A DNA stretch of 64,000 bases. It comes from Naegleria gruberi. Lineage: Eukaryota. The DNA lies in assembly GCA_000004985.1 (NCBI GenBank), contig GG738887.1; one strand, given 5' to 3'. Under the pieces are notes generated by a model. The model worked only from the letters and a program-made list of their open reading frames with translations, was not told the origin of the DNA and did not search any database. This document shows positions 1-12,000 of the stretch, piece after piece (within the stretch, counting starts at the first letter, position 1; every line of letters starts with the position of its first letter). The translations under genes were made by a program, and so were the position numbers.

Positions 1-3000
1 NNNNNNNNNNNNNNNNNNNNNNNNNNNNNNNNNNNNNNNNNNNNNNNNNNNNNNNNNNNNNNNNNNNNNNNNNNNNNNNNNNNNNNNNNNNNNNNNNNNN
101 NNNNNNNNNNNNNNNNNNNNNNNNNNNNNNNNNNNNNNNNNNNNNNNNNNNNNNNNNNNNNNNNNNNNNNNNNNNNNNNNNNNNNNNNNNNNNNNNNNNN
201 NNNNNNNNNNNNNNNNNNNNNNNNNNNNNNNNNNNNNNNNNNNNNNNNNNNNNNNNNNNNNNNNNNNNNNNNNNNNNNNNNNNNNNNNNNNNNNNNNNNN
301 NNNNNNNNNNNNNNNNNNNNNNNNNNNNNNNNNNNNNNNNNNNNNNNNNNNNNNNNNNNNNNNNNNNNNNNNNNNNNNNNNNNNNNNNNNNNNNNNNNNN
401 NNNNNNNNNNNNNNNNNNNNNNNNNNNNNNNNNNNNNNNNNNNNNNNNNNNNNNNNNNNNNNNNNNNNNNNNNNNNNNNNNNNNNNNNNNNNNNNNNNNN
501 NNNNNNNNNNNNNNNNNNNNNNNNNNNNNNNNNNNNNNNNNNNNNNNNNNNNNNNNNNNNNNNNNNNNNNNNNNNNNNNNNNNNNNNNNNNNNNNNNNNN
601 NNNNNNNNNNNNNNNNNNNNNNNNNNNNNNNNNNNNNNNNNNNNNNNNNNNNNNNNNNNNNNNNNNNNNNNNNNNNNNNNNNNNNNNNNNNNNNNNNNNN
701 NNNNNNNNNNNNNNNNNNNNNNNNNNNNNNNNNNNNNNNNNNNNNNNNNNNNNNNNNNNNNNNNNNNNNNNNNNNNNNNNNNNNNNNNNNNNNNNNNNNN
801 NNNNNNNNNNNNNNNNNNNNNNNNNNNNNNNNNNNNNNNNNNNNNNNNNNNNNNNNNNNNNNNNNNNNNNNNNNNNNNNNNNNNNNNNNNNNNNNNNNNN
901 NNNNNNNNNNNNNNNNNNNNNNNNNNNNNNNNNNNNNNNNNNNNNNNNNNNNNNNNNNNNNNNNNNNNNNNNNNNNNNNNNNNNNNNNNNNNNNNNNNNN
1001 NNNNNNNNNNNNNNNNNNNNNNNNNNNNNNNNNNNNNNNNNNNNNNNNNNNNNNNNNNNNNNNNNNNNNNNNNNNNNNNNNNNNNNNNNNNNNNNNNNNN
1101 NNNNNNNNNNNNNNNNNNNNNNNNNNNNNNNNNNNNNNNNNNNNNNNNNNNNNNNNNNNNNNNNNNNNNNNNNNNNNNNNNNNNNNNNNNNNNNNNNNNN
1201 NNNNNNNNNNNNNNNNNNNNNNNNNNNNNNNNNNNNNNNNNNNNNNNNNNNNNNNNNNNNNNNNNNNNNNNNNNNNNNNNNNNNNNNNNNNNNNNNNNNN
1301 NNNNNNNNNNNNNNNNNNNNNNNNNNNNNNNNNNNNNNNNNNNNNNNNNNNNNNNNNNNNNNNNNNNNNNNNNNNNNNNNNNNNNNNNNNNNNNNNNNNN
1401 NNNNNNNNNNNNNNNNNNNNNNNNNNNNNNNNNNNNNNNNNNNNNNNNNNNNNNNNNNNNNNNNNNNNNNNNNNNNNNNNNNNNNNNNNNNNNNNNNNNN
1501 NNNNNNNNNNNNNNNNNNNNNNNNNNNNNNNNNNNNNNNNNNNNNNNNNNNNNNNNNNNNNNNNNNNNNNNNNNNNNNNNNNNNNNNNNNNNNNNNNNNN
1601 NNNNNNNNNNNNNNNNNNNNNNNNNNNNNNNNNNNNNNNNNNNNNNNNNNNNNNNNNNNNNNNNNNNNNNNNNNNNNNNNNNNNNNNNNNNNNNNNNNNN
1701 NNNNNNNNNNNNNNNNNNNNNNNNNNNNNNNNNNNNNNNNNNNNNNNNNNNNNNNNNNNNNNNNNNNNNNNNNNNNNNNNNNNNNNNNNNNNNNNNNNNN
1801 NNNNNNNNNNNNNNNNNNNNNNNNNNNNNNNNNNNNNNNNNNNNNNNNNNNNNNNNNNNNNNNNNNNNNNNNNNNNNNNNNNNNNNNNNNNNNNNNNNNN
1901 NNNNNNNNNNNNNNNNNNNNNNNNNNNNNNNNNNNNNNNNNNNNNNNNNNNNNNNNNNNNNNNNNNNNNNNNNNNNNNNNNNNNNNNNNNNNNNNNNNNN
2001 NNNNNNNNNNNNNNNNNNNNNNNNNNNNNNNNNNNNNNNNNNNNNNNNNNNNNNNNNNNNNNNNNNNNNNNNNNNNNNNNNNNNNNNNNNNNNNNNNNNN
2101 NNNNNNNNNNNNNNNNNNNNNNNNNNNNNNNNNNNNNNNNNNNNNNNNNNNNNNNNNNNNNNNNNNNNNNNNNNNNNNNNNNNNNNNNNNNNNNNNNNNN
2201 NNNNNNNNNNNNNNNNNNNNNNNNNNNNNNNNNNNNNNNNNNNNNNNNNNNNNNNNNNNNNNNNNNNNNNNNNNNNNNNNNNNNNNNNNNNNNNNNNNNN
2301 NNNNNNNNNNNNNNNNNNNNNNNNNNNNNNNNNNNNNNNNNNNNNNNNNNNNNNNNNNNNNNNNNNNNNNNNNNNNNNNNNNNNNNNNNNNNNNNNNNNN
2401 NNNNNNNNNNNNNNNNNNNNNNNNNNNNNNNNNNNNNNNNNNNNNNNNNNNNNNNNNNNNNNNNNNNNNNNNNNNNNNNNNNNNNNNNNNNNNNNNNNNN
2501 NNNNNNNNNNNNNNNNNNNNNNNNNNNNNNNNNNNNNNNNNNNNNNNNNNNNNNNNNNNNNNNNNNNNNNNNNNNNNNNNNNNNNNNNNNNNNNNNNNNN
2601 NNNNNNNNNNNNNNNNNNNNNNNNNNNNNNNNNNNNNNNNNNNNNNNNNNNNNNNNNNNNNNNNNNNNNNNNNNNNNNNNNNNNNNNNNNNNNNNNNNNN
2701 NNNNNNNNNNNNNNNNNNNNNNNNNNNNNNNNNNNNNNNNNNNNNNNNNNNNNNNNNNNNNNNNNNNNNNNNNNNNNNNNNNNNNNNNNNNNNNNNNNNN
2801 NNNNNNNNNNNNNNNNNNNNNNNNNNNNNNNNNNNNNNNNNNNNNNNNNNNNNNNNNNNNNNNNNNNNNNNNNNNNNNNNNNNNNNNNNNNNNNNNNNNN
2901 NNNNNNNNNNNNNNNNNNNNNNNNNNNNNNNNNNNNNNNNNNNNNNNNNNNNNNNNNNNNNNNNNNNNNNNNNNNNNNNNNNNNNNNNNNNNNNNNNNNN

Positions 3001-6000
3001 NNNNNNNNNNNNNNNNNNNNNNNNNNNNNNNNNNNNNNNNNNNNNNNNNNNNNNNNNNNNNNNNNNNNNNNNNNNNNNNNNNNNNNNNNNNNNNNNNNNN
3101 NNNNNNNNNNNNNNNNNNNNNNNNNNNNNNNNNNNNNNNNNNNNNNNNNNNNNNNNNNNNNNNNNNNNNNNNNNNNNNNNNNNNNNNNNNNNNNNNNNNN
3201 NNNNNNNNNNNNNNNNNNNNNNNNNNNNNNNNNNNNNNNNNNNNNNNNNNNNNNNNNNNNNNNNNNNNNNNNNNNNNNNNNNNNNNNNNNNNNNNNNNNN
3301 NNNNNNNNNNNNNNNNNNNNNNNNNNNNNNNNNNNNNNNNNNNNNNNNNNNNNNNNNNNNNNNNNNNNNNNNNNNNNNNNNNNNNNNNNNNNNNNNNNNN
3401 NNNNNNNNNNNNNNNNNNNNNNNNNNNNNNNNNNNNNNNNNNNNNNNNNNNNNNNNNNNNNNNNNNNNNNNNNNNNNNNNNNNNNNNNNNNNNNNNNNNN
3501 NNNNNNNNNNNNNNNNNNNNNNNNNNNNNNNNNNNNNNNNNNNNNNNNNNNNNNNNNNNNNNNNNNNNNNNNNNNNNNNNNNNNNNNNNNNNNNNNNNNN
3601 NNNNNNNNNNNNNNNNNNNNNNNNNNNNNNNNNNNNNNNNNNNNNNNNNNNNNNNNNNNNNNNNNNNNNNNNNNNNNNNNNNNNNNNNNNNNNNNNNNNN
3701 NNNNNNNNNNNNNNNNNNNNNNNNNNNNNNNNNNNNNNNNNNNNNNNNNNNNNNNNNNNNNNNNNNNNNNNNNNNNNNNNNNNNNNNNNNNNNNNNNNNN
3801 NNNNNNNNNNNNNNNNNNNNNNNNNNNNNNNNNNNNNNNNNNNNNNNNNNNNNNNNNNNNNNNNNNNNNNNNNNNNNNNNNNNNNNNNNNNNNNNNNNNN
3901 NNNNNNNNNNNNNNNNNNNNNNNNNNNNNNNNNNNNNNNNNNNNNNNNNNNNNNNNNNNNNNNNNNNNNNNNNNNNNNNNNNNNNNNNNNNNNNNNNNNN
4001 NNNNNNNNNNNNNNNNNNNNNNNNNNNNNNNNNNNNNNNNNNNNNNNNNNNNNNNNNNNNNNNNNNNNNNNNNNNNNNNNNNNNNNNNNNNNNNNNNNNN
4101 NNNNNNNNNNNNNNNNNNNNNNNNNNNNNNNNNNNNNNNNNNNNNNNNNNNNNNNNNNNNNNNNNNNNNNNNNNNNNNNNNNNNNNNNNNNNNNNNNNNN
4201 NNNNNNNNNNNNNNNNNNNNNNNNNNNNNNNNNNNNNNNNNNNNNNNNNNNNNNNNNNNNNNNNNNNNNNNNNNNNNNNNNNNNNNNNNNNNNNNNNNNN
4301 NNNNNNNNNNNNNNNNNNNNNNNNNNNNNNNNNNNNNNNNNNNNNNNNNNNNNNNNNNNNNNNNNNNNNNNNNNNNNNNNNNNNNNNNNNNNNNNNNNNN
4401 NNNNNNNNNNNNNNNNNNNNNNNNNNNNNNNNNNNNNNNNNNNNNNNNNNNNNNNNNNNNNNNNNNNNNNNNNNNNNNNNNNNNNNNNNNNNNNNNNNNN
4501 NNNNNNNNNNNNNNNNNNNNNNNNNNNNNNNNNNNNNNNNNNNNNNNNNNNNNNNNNNNNNNNNNNNNNNNNNNNNNNNNNNNNNNNNNNNNNNNNNNNN
4601 NNNNNNNNNNNNNNNNNNNNNNNNNNNNNNNNNNNNNNNNNNNNNNNNNNNNNNNNNNNNNNNNNNNNNNNNNNNNNNNNNNNNNNNNNNNNNNNNNNNN
4701 NNNNNNNNNNNNNNNNNNNNNNNNNNNNNNNNNNNNNNNNNNNNNNNNNNNNNNNNNNNNNNNNNNNNNNNNNNNNNNNNNNNNNNNNNNNNNNNNNNNN
4801 NNNNNNNNNNNNNNNNNNNNNNNNNNNNNNNNNNNNNNNNNNNNNNNNNNNNNNNNNNNNNNNNNNNNNNNNNNNNNNNNNNNNNNNNNNNNNNNNNNNN
4901 NNNNNNNNNNNNNNNNNNNNNNNNNNNNNNNNNNNNNNNNNNNNNNNNNNNNNNNNNNNNNNNNNNNNNNNNNNNNNNNNNNNNNNNNNNNNNNNNNNNN
5001 NNNNNNNNNNNNNNNNNNNNNNNNNNNNNNNNNNNNNNNNNNNNNNNNNNNNNNNNNNNNNNNNNNNNNNNNNNNNNNNNNNNNNNNNNNNNNNNNNNNN
5101 NNNNNNNNNNNNNNNNNNNNNNNNNNNNNNNNNNNNNNNNNNNNNNNNNNNNNNNNNNNNNNNNNNNNNNNNNNNNNNNNNNNNNNNNNNNNNNNNNNNN
5201 NNNNNNNNNNNNNNNNNNNNNNNNNNNNNNNNNNNNNNNNNNNNNNNNNNNNNNNNNNNNNNNNNNNNNNNNNNNNNNNNNNNNNNNNNNNNNNNNNNNN
5301 NNNNNNNNNNNNNNNNNNNNNNNNNNNNNNNNNNNNNNNNNNNNNNNNNNNNNNNNNNNNNNNNNNNNNNNNNNNNNNNNNNNNNNNNNNNNNNNNNNNN
5401 NNNNNNNNNNNNNNNNNNNNNNNNNNNNNNNNNNNNNNNNNNNNNNNNNNNNNNNNNNNNNNNNNNNNNNNNNNNNNNNNNNNNNNNNNNNNNNNNNNNN
5501 NNNNNNNNNNNNNNNNNNNNNNNNNNNNNNNNNNNNNNNNNNNNNNNNNNNNNNNNNNNNNNNNNNNNNNNNNNNNNNNNNNNNNNNNNNNNNNNNNNNN
5601 NNNNNNNNNNNNNNNNNNNNNNNNNNNNNNNNNNNNNNNNNNNNNNNNNNNNNNNNNNNNNNNNNNNNNNNNNNNNNNNNNNNNNNNNNNNNNNNNNNNN
5701 NNNNNNNNNNNNNNNNNNNNNNNNNNNNNNNNNNNNNNNNNNNNNNNNNNNNNNNNNNNNNNNNNNNNNNNNNNNNNNNNNNNNNNNNNNNNNNNNNNNN
5801 NNNNNNNNNNNNNNNNNNNNNNNNNNNNNNNNNNNNNNNNNNNNNNNNNNNNNNNNNNNNNNNNNNNNNNNNNNNNNNNNNNNNNNNNNNNNNNNNNNNN
5901 NNNNNNNNNNNNNNNNNNNNNNNNNNNNNNNNNNNNNNNNNNNNNNNNNNNNNNNNNNNNNNNNNNNNNNNNNNNNNNNNNNNNNNNNNNNNNNNNNNNN

Positions 6001-9000
6001 NNNNNNNNNNNNNNNNNNNNNNNNNNNNNNNNNNNNNNNNNNNNNNNNNNNNNNNNNNNNNNNNNNNNNNNNNNNNNNNNNNNNNNNNNNNNNNNNNNNN
6101 NNNNNNNNNNNNNNNNNNNNNNNNNNNNNNNNNNNNNNNNNNNNNNNNNNNNNNNNNNNNNNNNNNNNNNNNNNNNNNNNNNNNNNNNNNNNNNNNNNNN
6201 NNNNNNNNNNNNNNNNNNNNNNNNNNNNNNNNNNNNNNNNNNNNNNNNNNNNNNNNNNNNNNNNNNNNNNNNNNNNNNNNNNNNNNNNNNNNNNNNNNNN
6301 NNNNNNNNNNNNNNNNNNNNNNNNNNNNNNNNNNNNNNNNNNNNNNNNNNNNNNNNNNNNNNNNNNNNNNNNNNNNNNNNNNNNNNNNNNNNNNNNNNNN
6401 NNNNNNNNNNNNNNNNNNNNNNNNNNNNNNNNNNNNNNNNNNNNNNNNNNNNNNNNNNNNNNNNNNNNNNNNNNNNNNNNNNNNNNNNNNNNNNNNNNNN
6501 NNNNNNNNNNNNNNNNNNNNNNNNNNNNNNNNNNNNNNNNNNNNNNNNNNNNNNNNNNNNNNNNNNNNNNNNNNNNNNNNNNNNNNNNNNNNNNNNNNNN
6601 NNNNNNNNNNNNNNNNNNNNNNNNNNNNNNNNNNNNNNNNNNNNNNNNNNNNNNNNNNNNNNNNNNNNNNNNNNNNNNNNNNNNNNNNNNNNNNNNNNNN
6701 NNNNNNNNNNNNNNNNNNNNNNNNNNNNNNNNNNNNNNNNNNNNNNNNNNNNNNNNNNNNNNNNNNNNNNNNNNNNNNNNNNNNNNNNNNNNNNNNNNNN
6801 NNNNNNNNNNNNNNNNNNNNNNNNNNNNNNNNNNNNNNNNNNNNNNNNNNNNNNNNNNNNNNNNNNNNNNNNNNNNNNNNNNNNNNNNNNNNNNNNNNNN
6901 NNNNNNNNNNNNNNNNNNNNNNNNNNNNNNNNNNNNNNNNNNNNNNNNNNNNNNNNNNNNNNNNNNNNNNNNNNNNNNNNNNNNNNNNNNNNNNNNNNNN
7001 NNNNNNNNNNNNNNNNNNNNNNNNNNNNNNNNNNNNNNNNNNNNNNNNNNNNNNNNNNNNNNNNNNNNNNNNNNNNNNNNNNNNNNNNNNNNNNNNNNNN
7101 NNNNNNNNNNNNNNNNNNNNNNNNNNNNNNNNNNNNNNNNNNNNNNNNNNNNNNNNNNNNNNNNNNNNNNNNNNNNNNNNNNNNNNNNNNNNNNNNNNNN
7201 NNNNNNNNNNNNNNNNNNNNNNNNNNNNNNNNNNNNNNNNNNNNNNNNNNNNNNNNNNNNNNNNNNNNNNNNNNNNNNNNNNNNNNNNNNNNNNNNNNNN
7301 NNNNNNNNNNNNNNNNNNNNNNNNNNNNNNNNNNNNNNNNNNNNNNNNNNNNNNNNNNNNNNNNNNNNNNNNNNNNNNNNNNNNNNNNNNNNNNNNNNNN
7401 NNNNNNNNNNNNNNNNNNNNNNNNNNNNNNNNNNNNNNNNNNNNNNNNNNNNNNNNNNNNNNNNNNNNNNNNNNNNNNNNNNNNNNNNNNNNNNNNNNNN
7501 NNNNNNNNNNNNNNNNNNNNNNNNNNNNNNNNNNNNNNNNNNNNNNNNNNNNNNNNNNNNNNNNNNNNNNNNNNNNNNNNNNNNNNNNNNNNNNNNNNNN
7601 NNNNNNNNNNNNNNNNNNNNNNNNNNNNNNNNNNNNNNNNNNNNNNNNNNNNNNNNNNNNNNNNNNNNNNNNNNNNNNNNNNNNNNNNNNNNNNNNNNNN
7701 NNNNNNNNNNNNNNNNNNNNNNNNNNNNNNNNNNNNNNNNNNNNNNNNNNNNNNNNNNNNNNNNNNNNNNNNNNNNNNNNNNNNNNNNNNNNNNNNNNNN
7801 NNNNNNNNNNNNNNNNNNNNNNNNNNNNNNNNNNNNNNNNNNNNNNNNNNNNNNNNNNNNNNNNNNNNNNNNNNNNNNNNNNNNNNNNNNNNNNNNNNNN
7901 NNNNNNNNNNNNNNNNNNNNNNNNNNNNNNNNNNNNNNNNNNNNNNNNNNNNNNNNNNNNNNNNNNNNNNNNNNNNNNNNNNNNNNNNNNNNNNNNNNNN
8001 NNNNNNNNNNNNNNNNNNNNNNNNNNNNNNNNNNNNNNNNNNNNNNNNNNNNNNNNNNNNNNNNNNNNNNNNNNNNNNNNNNNNNNNNNNNNNNNNNNNN
8101 NNNNNNNNNNNNNNNNNNNNNNNNNNNNNNNNNNNNNNNNNNNNNNNNNNNNNNNNNNNNNNNNNNNNNNNNNNNNNNNNNNNNNNNNNNNNNNNNNNNN
8201 NNNNNNNNNNNNNNNNNNNNNNNNNNNNNNNNNNNNNNNNNNNNNNNNNNNNNNNNNNNNNNNNNNNNNNNNNNNNNNNNNNNNNNNNNNNNNNNNNNNN
8301 NNNNNNNNNNNNNNNNNNNNNNNNNNNNNNNNNNNNNNNNNNNNNNNNNNNNNNNNNNNNNNNNNNNNNNNNNNNNNNNNNNNNNNNNNNNNNNNNNNNN
8401 NNNNNNNNNNNNNNNNNNNNNNNNNNNNNNNNNNNNNNNNNNNNNNNNNNNNNNNNNNNNNNNNNNNNNNNNNNNNNNNNNNNNNNNNNNNNNNNNNNNN
8501 NNNNNNNNNNNNNNNNNNNNNNNNNNNNNNNNNNNNNNNNNNNNNNNNNNNNNNNNNNNNNNNNNNNNNNNNNNNNNNNNNNNNNNNNNNNNNNNNNNNN
8601 NNNNNNNNNNNNNNNNNNNNNNNNNNNNNNNNNNNNNNNNNNNNNNNNNNNNNNNNNNNNNNNNNNNNNNNNNNNNNNNNNNNNNNNNNNNNNNNNNNNN
8701 NNNNNNNNNNNNNNNNNNNNNNNNNNNNNNNNNNNNNNNNNNNNNNNNNNNNNNNNNNNNNNNNNNNNNNNNNNNNNNNNNNNNNNNNNNNNNNNNNNNN
8801 NNNNNNNNNNNNNNNNNNNNNNNNNNNNNNNNNNNNNNNNNNNNNNNNNNNNNNNNNNNNNNNNNNNNNNNNNNNNNNNNNNNNNNNNNNNNNNNNNNNN
8901 NNNNNNNNNNNNNNNNNNNNNNNNNNNNNNNNNNNNNNNNNNNNNNNNNNNNNNNNNNNNNNNNNNNNNNNNNNNNNNNNNNNNNNNNNNNNNNNNNNNN

Positions 9001-12000
9001 NNNNNNNNNNNNNNNNNNNNNNNNNNNNNNNNNNNNNNNNNNNNNNNNNNNNNNNNNNNNNNNNNNNNNNNNNNNNNNNNNNNNNNNNNNNNNNNNNNNN
9101 NNNNNNNNNNNNNNNNNNNNNNNNNNNNNNNNNNNNNNNNNNNNNNNNNNNNNNNNNNNNNNNNNNNNNNNNNNNNNNNNNNNNNNNNNNNNNNNNNNNN
9201 NNNNNNNNNNNNNNNNNNNNNNNNNNNNNNNNNNNNNNNNNNNNNNNNNNNNNNNNNNNNNNNNNNNNNNNNNNNNNNNNNNNNNNNNNNNNNNNNNNNN
9301 NNNNNNNNNNNNNNNNNNNNNNNNNNNNNNNNNNNNNNNNNNNNNNNNNNNNNNNNNNNNNNNNNNNNNNNNNNNNNNNNNNNNNNNNNNNNNNNNNNNN
9401 NNNNNNNNNNNNNNNNNNNNNNNNNNNNNNNNNNNNNNNNNNNNNNNNNNNNNNNNNNNNNNNNNNNNNNNNNNNNNNNNNNNNNNNNNNNNNNNNNNNN
9501 NNNNNNNNNNNNNNNNNNNNNNNNNNNNNNNNNNNNNNNNNNNNNNNNNNNNNNNNNNNNNNNNNNNNNNNNNNNNNNNNNNNNNNNNNNNNNNNNNNNN
9601 NNNNNNNNNNNNNNNNNNNNNNNNNNNNNNNNNNNNNNNNNNNNNNNNNNNNNNNNNNNNNNNNNNNNNNNNNNNNNNNNNNNNNNNNNNNNNNNNNNNN
9701 NNNNNNNNNNNNNNNNNNNNNNNNNNNNNNNNNNNNNNNNNNNNNNNNNNNNNNNNNNNNNNNNNNNNNNNNNNNNNNNNNNNNNNNNNNNNNNNNNNNN
9801 NNNNNNNNNNNNNNNNNNNNNNNNNNNNNNNNNNNNNNNNNNNNNNNNNNNNNNNNNNNNNNNNNNNNNNNNNNNNNNNNNNNNNNNNNNNNNNNNNNNN
9901 NNNNNNNNNNNNNNNNNNNNNNNNNNNNNNNNNNNNNNNNNNNNNNNNNNNNNNNNNNNNNNNNNNNNNNNNNNNNNNNNNNNNNNNNNNNNNNNNNNNN
10001 NNNNNNNNNNNNNNNNNNNNNNNNNNNNNNNNNNNNNNNNNNNNNNNNNNNNNNNNNNNNNNNNNNNNNNNNNNNNNNNNNNNNNNNNNNNNNNNNNNNN
10101 NNNNNNNNNNNNNNNNNNNNNNNNNNNNNNNNNNNNNNNNNNNNNNNNNNNNNNNNNNNNNNNNNNNNNNNNNNNNNNNNNNNNNNNNNNNNNNNNNNNN
10201 NNNNNNNNNNNNNNNNNNNNNNNNNNNNNNNNNNNNNNNNNNNNNNNNNNNNNNNNNNNNNNNNNNNNNNNNNNNNNNNNNNNNNNNNNNNNNNNNNNNN
10301 NNNNNNNNNNNNNNNNNNNNNNNNNNNNNNNNNNNNNNNNNNNNNNNNNNNNNNNNNNNNNNNNNNNNNNNNNNNNNNNNNNNNNNNNNNNNNNNNNNNN
10401 NNNNNNNNNNNNNNNNNNNNNNNNNNNNNNNNNNNNNNNNNNNNNNNNNNNNNNNNNNNNNNNNNNNNNNNNNNNNNNNNNNNNNNNNNNNNNNNNNNNN
10501 NNNNNNNNNNNNNNNNNNNNNNNNNNNNNNNNNNNNNNNNNNNNNNNNNNNNNNNNNNNNNNNNNNNNNNNNNNNNNNNNNNNNNNNNNNNNNNNNNNNN
10601 NNNNNNNNNNNNNNNNNNNNNNNNNNNNNNNNNNNNNNNNNNNNNNNNNNNNNNNNNNNNNNNNNNNNNNNNNNNNNNNNNNNNNNNNNNNNNNNNNNNN
10701 NNNNNNNNNNNNNNNNNNNNNNNNNNNNNNNNNNNNNNNNNNNNNNNNNNNNNNNNNNNNNNNNNNNNNNNNNNNNNNNNNNNNNNNNNNNNNNNNNNNN
10801 NNNNNNNNNNNNNNNNNNNNNNNNNNNNNNNNNNNNNNNNNNNNNNNNNNNNNNNNNNNNNNNNNNNNNNNNNNNNNNNNNNNNNNNNNNNNNNNNNNNN
10901 NNNNNNNNNNNNNNNNNNNNNNNNNNNNNNNNNNNNNNNNNNNNNNNNNNNNNNNNNNNNNNNNNNNNNNNNNNNNNNNNNNNNNNNNNNNNNNNNNNNN
11001 NNNNNNNNNNNNNNNNNNNNNNNNNNNNNNNNNNNNNNNNNNNNNNNNNNNNNNNNNNNNNNNNNNNNNNNNNNNNNNNNNNNNNNNNNNNNNNNNNNNN
11101 NNNNNNNNNNNNNNNNNNNNNNNNNNNNNNNNNNNNNNNNNNNNNNNNNNNNNNNNNNNNNNNNNNNNNNNNNNNNNNNNNNNNNNNNNNNNNNNNNNNN
11201 NNNNNNNNNNNNNNNNNNNNNNNNNNNNNNNNNNNNNNNNNNNNNNNNNNNNNNNNNNNNNNNNNNNNNNNNNNNNNNNNNNNNNNNNNNNNNNNNNNNN
11301 NNNNNNNNNNNNNNNNNNNNNNNNNNNNNNNNNNNNNNNNNNNNNNNNNNNNNNNNNNNNNNNNNNNNNNNNNNNNNNNNNNNNNNNNNNNNNNNNNNNN
11401 NNNNNNNNNNNNNNNNNNNNNNNNNNNNNNNNNNNNNNNNNNNNNNNNNNNNNNNNNNNNNNNNNNNNNNNNNNNNNNNNNNNNNNNNNNNNNNNNNNNN
11501 NNNNNNNNNNNNNNNNNNNNNNNNNNNNNNNNNNNNNNNNNNNNNNNNNNNNNNNNNNNNNNNNNNNNNNNNNNNNNNNNNNNNNNNNNNNNNNNNNNNN
11601 NNNNNNNNNNNNNNNNNNNNNNNNNNNNNNNNNNNNNNNNNNNNNNNNNNNNNNNNNNNNNNNNNNNNNNNNNNNNNNNNNNNNNNNNNNNNNNNNNNNN
11701 NNNNNNNNNNNNNNNNNNNNNNNNNNNNNNNNNNNNNNNNNNNNNNNNNNNNNNNNNNNNNNNNNNNNNNNNNNNNNNNNNNNNNNNNNNNNNNNNNNNN
11801 NNNNNNNNNNNNNNNNNNNNNNNNNNNNNNNNNNNNNNNNNNNNNNNNNNNNNNNNNNNNNNNNNNNNNNNNNNNNNNNNNNNNNNNNNNNNNNNNNNNN
11901 NNNNNNNNNNNNNNNNNNNNNNNNNNNNNNNNNNNNNNNNNNNNNNNNNNNNNNNNNNNNNNNNNNNNNNNNNNNNNNNNNNNNNNNNNNNNNNNNNNNN